A DNA stretch of 64,000 nt, taken from contig CAVYRJ010000017.1 of assembly GCA_963770935.1 (NCBI GenBank), positions 1 to 64,000 on the forward strand. Reading direction: 5' to 3'. Source of the stretch: Candidatus Bathyarchaeota archaeon. GTDB taxonomy: Archaea > Thermoproteota > Bathyarchaeia > Bathyarchaeales > Bathycorpusculaceae. Numbering within the stretch: position 1 is the first letter of the stretch; each line of letters starts with the position of its first letter. Of the stretch, positions 60,235-64,000 are shown piece by piece. A program made the position numbers and the translations under genes. Under the pieces are notes generated by a model. It made no database searches and was not told the origin of the DNA. It worked only from the letters and a program-made list of their open reading frames with translations.

Positions 60235-60842
60235 AGCTTCAATCCCCACTTATCCCTAAAACAATATTCTCCAATGGGTTTTTTCGGTGGCAATGTAGGG
60301 GTTTCTGCAGGGTATCCTATAATTACGAAAGCTTCAGGTTCCACTGCCGCTGGAATCCCCAAAACTTTTCTCACCGTTTCTTTGCAGAATCCAGGTGCAC
60401 AGAACCAACAAGCCCCAAAACCTAAGGCATGTGCAGTCAGAAGCATGTTCTGCATTGCAGCACCTAAACTCTGTTGAGACAAGTCACGTTCAAACATTTG
60501 TCTTTGCTGATCAGAAAACTTTCTTAATCCATCCATTACCGTGCATGCTAAAATAAGAGCGGGTGCATTCGCGAATCGATCCACTCGTTCCTGTTTCATT
60601 TTAGCATCAATTTTTCCTCCATCTTTTTCCACATCTGCAACCCAAGCATCTGCCGTAGCCTCCGCCAGCTCTCGTTTTACTGAGGGATTCTCTAAAATGA
60701 TAAAGCGCCATGGTTGAGAATTATGTGCTGAAGGCGCCCAGCCAGCAGCCACCAAAACCTCAAGGACAACATCTCTCGGAACCATTTGAGGCAGGTATTT
60801 TCTTACGCTTCGGCGTTTTTTGATGACATCGTTTAGCGACAT
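60231..60842 (-). CDS. Nitroreductase-family protein (FbiB C-terminal-like)
   Basis: RRSVRKY, APSAHNSQPWRF, QNMLLTAHALG.GACW. Confidence 0.9.
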   Translation of the reverse strand: MSLNDVIKKRRSVRKYLPQMVPRDVVLEVLVAAGWAPSAHNSQPWRFIILENPSVKRELAEATADAWVADVEKDGGKIDAKMKQERVDRFANAPALILACTVMDGLRKFSDQQRQMFERDLSQQSLGAAMQNMLLTAHALGFGACWFCAPGFCKETVRKVLGIPAAVEPEAFVIIGYPAETPTLPPKKPIGEYCFRDKWGLKL

Positions 60843-60912
60843 AGCCTCTCATATGTAGATTTAGGTTCTTAACTATTTTATTCTAACTAGGCAATTGACT
60901 AAAGGACAACTT

Positions 60913-60970
60913 GGAAGATGATGATGCTGATGATGAGACTGAACTCTGCAATTTGATAGCATCATCTTTC
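60913..60970 (+). ncRNA. Candidate C/D-box or K-turn hairpin RNA
   Basis: 10-bp stem GATGATGCTG/TAGCATCATC closing box C ATGATGA and D-like TTGA. Confidence 0.3.
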
Positions 60971-61007
60971 AGAAGAAACTCGGTCTTTTAAAATATATAG
61001 AAGCTAA

Positions 61008-62048
61008 TTAGGGTCTGTTTGGCTCTAGAATAACTTTGAGCGATGCACCTGCTTCAGCCATTAGTCGGAAACCTTCCTGTGCTTCACGCAGACTTAGCTT
61101 ATGCGTAATCATGCCTTTAACATTGAGTTGTCCAGTCTTCAAGTACCGTAGTGAATCTTCAAGGTCGTTTGGTGCTGCACCGTAGCTTGTGCGCATTATG
61201 ATTTCGTTTCGCCAAAACTTGTTAATCGGCACTGGAAGCTGTACTGTTGGGTCAGGTACGGCAAAGAACAGGATGGTTCCTCCGTTGTCTACGCAATCCA
61301 ACGCCGCCATCGCTGCTGAGGTTGCGCCCGTACAAATAATAACTTGGTCAGCTAAGCGCCCACTGTTTATTTCTTTGAGTTTCTGTGGCAGATTGTCTTT
61401 GGCGTTTAAAGCATAGTCTGCACCGAATTTCTTGGCAAGCTCCAGCCGATACGGATTAATGTCGGCTACAACGATGTTTTCTACGCCTTTAAACTTAGCA
61501 AGTTGAGCGTGCAGTATTCCTGAAATTCCGCTGCCGATAATTAATAGACTATCTTCTTTTTGGAGGCTTGCCAGCCTTTGACCTCGCGACACGCATGCTA
61601 AAGGTTCGATGAAGGTGCCTTCCTCAAAACTCATTTGGGCAGGTAGTTTATAGATGCCAAATTCTACGTTGATTTTGGGAACCTGAATATATTGTGCAAA
61701 GCCGCCTGGGTAATAGTTTGTTGTGTGCAATGTGTGACAGGCTGTGTGGCTGCCGCGTTGGCAGTATCGGCACTGGTAGCAGGGAACGTGATGGGAAACA
61801 AATACGCGATCGCCGACTTTGACGTTCTTGACTTCAGAGCCAACCTTGTCAATGACGCCTGTGGCTTCATGCCCAAGCACACGTGGCGCCTTGGGAACTC
61901 TGTACCATTCGATAACGTCGCTACCGCATATACCGCTTGCCAGAACTTTAAGCAGCACCTCTTCTCCACTGATCTTTGGGATGGGGATTTCTTCTACGCG
62001 GACGTCGTGGTTGTTGTAGTAGAAGGCGGCTAGCAAACGTTTCACCAA
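61008..62048 (-). CDS. Zn-dependent alcohol dehydrogenase (sorbitol/threonine DH-like)
   Basis: GICGSD, GHE, CYQCRYC..C, IEPLAC, IIGSGISG. Confidence 0.92.
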   Translation of the reverse strand: MVKRLLAAFYYNNHDVRVEEIPIPKISGEEVLLKVLASGICGSDVIEWYRVPKAPRVLGHEATGVIDKVGSEVKNVKVGDRVFVSHHVPCYQCRYCQRGSHTACHTLHTTNYYPGGFAQYIQVPKINVEFGIYKLPAQMSFEEGTFIEPLACVSRGQRLASLQKEDSLLIIGSGISGILHAQLAKFKGVENIVVADINPYRLELAKKFGADYALNAKDNLPQKLKEINSGRLADQVIICTGATSAAMAALDCVDNGGTILFFAVPDPTVQLPVPINKFWRNEIIMRTSYGAAPNDLEDSLRYLKTGQLNVKGMITHKLSLREAQEGFRLMAEAGASLKVILEPNRP

Positions 62049-62059
62049 AAAAGGAAAGG

Positions 62060-62863
62060 TTAGGCTTTGCCTGCTATAATTTGGTTGTAGAGGTCTTCAG
62101 CTTCTTGAGCAGTGTAACCTTCATGTATTATGGCGCGGATAGCTTTGATCGATGCCACGGGATGCTGAGTTTGCCAGATGTTTCTGCCCAAGTTGACACC
62201 TACAGCGCCTTTCTGAATGCCGTCATAGACGAAATCGAAGACTTCCCGCTGTGTTTCAGTTTTGGGTCCACCCGCAATCACTATCGGAACTGGACAGCCA
62301 TCCACAACTTTCTCAAAATGCTCTTTACAATAATAGGTCTTAACAACCCGAGCGCCAATTTCAGCGGTGATTCGGGCTGCTAAAGCTAAATAGCGGGCTT
62401 CTCGTTTTTCAAGTTCCTTGCCGACTGCGCAAACAGCCATGACGGGTACTCCGTATTCTTCACATTCATCGACAAGTTTAGAAAGGTTAGTTAGACTTTT
62501 GTTTTCGTATTTTGTTCCAACAAAAACTGACATTGAAACTGCAGAAGCATTTAACCTCAGGATTTCCTGGATGGATGTAACTACGCTTTCGTTAGCTAAG
62601 TCCTCCCCGACTACGGACACAGCGCCTGAAACCCGCATGATTATTGGTTTTTCGATTGCTGGATCAATACAGTTACGCAGTACCCCGCGGGTCAACATTA
62701 ATCCATCAGCGTACTGAATGATTGGTTTTATTGTTTCGTCTGGATGTTCTAGACCATGTGTTGGTCCTTGGAAATAGCCATGGTCAATTGGCAAAAATAG
62801 TGCTTTGCCGTCTTTTTGGATAAGTCTACTTAAGCGATTTTTCATTCCCCAATCCATAATCAT
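62060..62863 (-). CDS. lsrF: LsrF-like class I aldolase/thiolase (DhnA family)
   Basis: MDWGMKNRLSR, DHGYFQGPT, VVKTYYC, IAGGPK, GRNIWQ. Confidence 0.88.
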   Translation of the reverse strand: MIMDWGMKNRLSRLIQKDGKALFLPIDHGYFQGPTHGLEHPDETIKPIIQYADGLMLTRGVLRNCIDPAIEKPIIMRVSGAVSVVGEDLANESVVTSIQEILRLNASAVSMSVFVGTKYENKSLTNLSKLVDECEEYGVPVMAVCAVGKELEKREARYLALAARITAEIGARVVKTYYCKEHFEKVVDGCPVPIVIAGGPKTETQREVFDFVYDGIQKGAVGVNLGRNIWQTQHPVASIKAIRAIIHEGYTAQEAEDLYNQIIAGKA

Positions 62864-63199
62864 TTCTCCGTTGAAGCTTTTGGTTTTAGAATTAAATAAC
62901 TTTTCGTTCTTTTTAGATTACCCTTTTCCAAACAGGTTCTTTTTATTATTGTAGAAAAAGAATAGTTTTACGTTTAGTTTTGCAAATGATAGGTTTTCAG
63001 TATTTGGTTGTCGACGTGAAAGTCTTTTCATTGCCAAGTGTCTGAGAACCGAAAAGAAAGATTGATTTCCAAAAGCTTCGCTTCTACAAAATAATTCACA
63101 TACCAAACATGTTATAAAAGAAAGAAAACTTGGTGCATAGTGAATTTTATGAAACGTACTTTCACAATGTTTAAGATAAATTGCATTCTATAAGCAAAT

Positions 63200-63280
63200 G
63201 GAAGTGGGAGAAGCCGCTGGCCAGTCGGCCCGGCATCACTTCACGAGTCGCATGCAACAATCTCGCGATACTTTTCCTTT
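63200..63280. ncRNA. Candidate structured RNA in an AT-rich intergenic region
   Basis: GC-rich patch with several possible stems (GAAGTG/CACTTC, GCCG/CGGC, TCGCGA/TCGTGA). Confidence 0.3.
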
Positions 63281-63298
63281 CTGAAGACTGCAATAGGG

Positions 63299-64000
63299 TT
63301 AACTAACTACTTTTCTAAAAAGGTATAATGTGGCTCCAAGGGTTATTGCAGATATTAGACCAATTACGGCGTAGGCTGAAAGTATGGTGCTCCATATGTA
63401 GCCATCTATCATTAGGGCTCTGACTGCGTCTACGGTATAGCTAATTGGGTTAAACATTGAGACGGTTTTTATCCACTCCGGCATGAAATCAAGAGGTGTT
63501 AGAGCGGTGCTCATGAAGAGCAGTGGGAAAGTTAGAAAGCCGCCTACTGCGAATACAGTCTCTGAGCTTTTGGTTTTTAGTCCTATAGCAAGTGAGATTC
63601 CTGACCAAGCTAAACCAAAGAATGCTATGGTTGTGAGCATGATTAGAATTCCGCCAATTCCTGTAACTGGGAAAGCTCCTAGCCCGTAGGCTAAGGCGAG
63701 TATTATTAGGGATTGTATAACTACTCTAAAAGCATCACTTGCCAATCTTCCCAGCAGGATTGCGTATCTGCTTACTTGTGTTACGAGCATCTTTTGTAGG
63801 AAGCCTGTTTCTATGTCGAGTACTATTGAGGTTCCGGATTGTAGGGCGCTGCCAAATGCGTTCTGGAGCAGGATGCCCGGGGTAGCAAATATGAGGTAGC
63901 TATCGGCTGGGAACCCGGGTATATCCCCAAATCTGGAAAAAAGCTGGGTGAATAGGAGCAGGAATATGATCGGTTGAAACAGCGAAAAGAAGAGCAAAAT
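63299..64000 (-). CDS. ABC-2 type exporter permease, 5'-truncated by window edge
   Basis: LFQPIIFLLLF, D.ETGFLQKML, MPEWI..NPISYTVDAVR. Confidence 0.9.
   Translation of the reverse strand: MLLFFSLFQPIIFLLLFTQLFSRFGDIPGFPADSYLIFATPGILLQNAFGSALQSGTSIVLDIETGFLQKMLVTQVSRYAILLGRLASDAFRVVIQSLIILALAYGLGAFPVTGIGGILIMLTTIAFFGLAWSGISLAIGLKTKSSETVFAVGGFLTFPLLFMSTALTPLDFMPEWIKTVSMFNPISYTVDAVRALMIDGYIWSTILSAYAVIGLISAITLGATLYLFRKVVS

Noticed and set aside
60913-60970. Fluoride (crcB) riboswitch
   Set aside because: Only GCTGATGA matches; the 5' pseudoknot stem and a suitable downstream gene are absent
2748-63689. Numerous antisense or overlapping ORFs in the six-frame track
   Set aside because: They lie within or opposite well-supported genes and carry no motifs; treated as shadow ORFs
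1-64000. CRISPR array or cas genes
   Set aside because: No regularly spaced 25-40-bp repeats and no Cas motifs seen

Overview
Archaeal chromosomal window, most consistent with Bathyarchaeia (TACK): fused RpoA'/A'' and unsplit RpoB with L30e and archaeal NusA, an intron-containing tRNA-Leu(CAA), tRNA-Ile2(CAT), tandem purP paralogues, and expanded families of membrane-anchored NosD/CASH and PQQ-type beta-propeller surface proteins. Main highlights: (1) a translationally coupled operon encoding a short SMC5/6-like ATPase, a kleisin-like protein and a tandem winged-helix (KITE-like) protein; (2) a ~9.2-kb integrated element at tRNA-Leu bounded by a 21-bp direct repeat, with no visible integrase, carrying zinc-finger microproteins, two beta-propeller proteins and a decayed ABC-ATPase/GNAT gene; (3) a conserved ~36-bp operator-plus-promoter motif in front of several surface-protein genes and a membrane-anchored ArsR-like regulator; (4) an EF-2 paralogue lacking the diphthamide histidine; (5) two AOR-ferredoxin modules, one with altered active-site motifs; (6) an hdrCB-mvhGA-hycI cluster without hdrA/mvhD; (7) two candidate structured RNAs. 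About a dozen genes are broken by single-base indels, nearly all +1 insertions, which most likely reflects sequencing error rather than true pseudogenes. All calls come from reading the sequence and recognising motifs; no searches were run.
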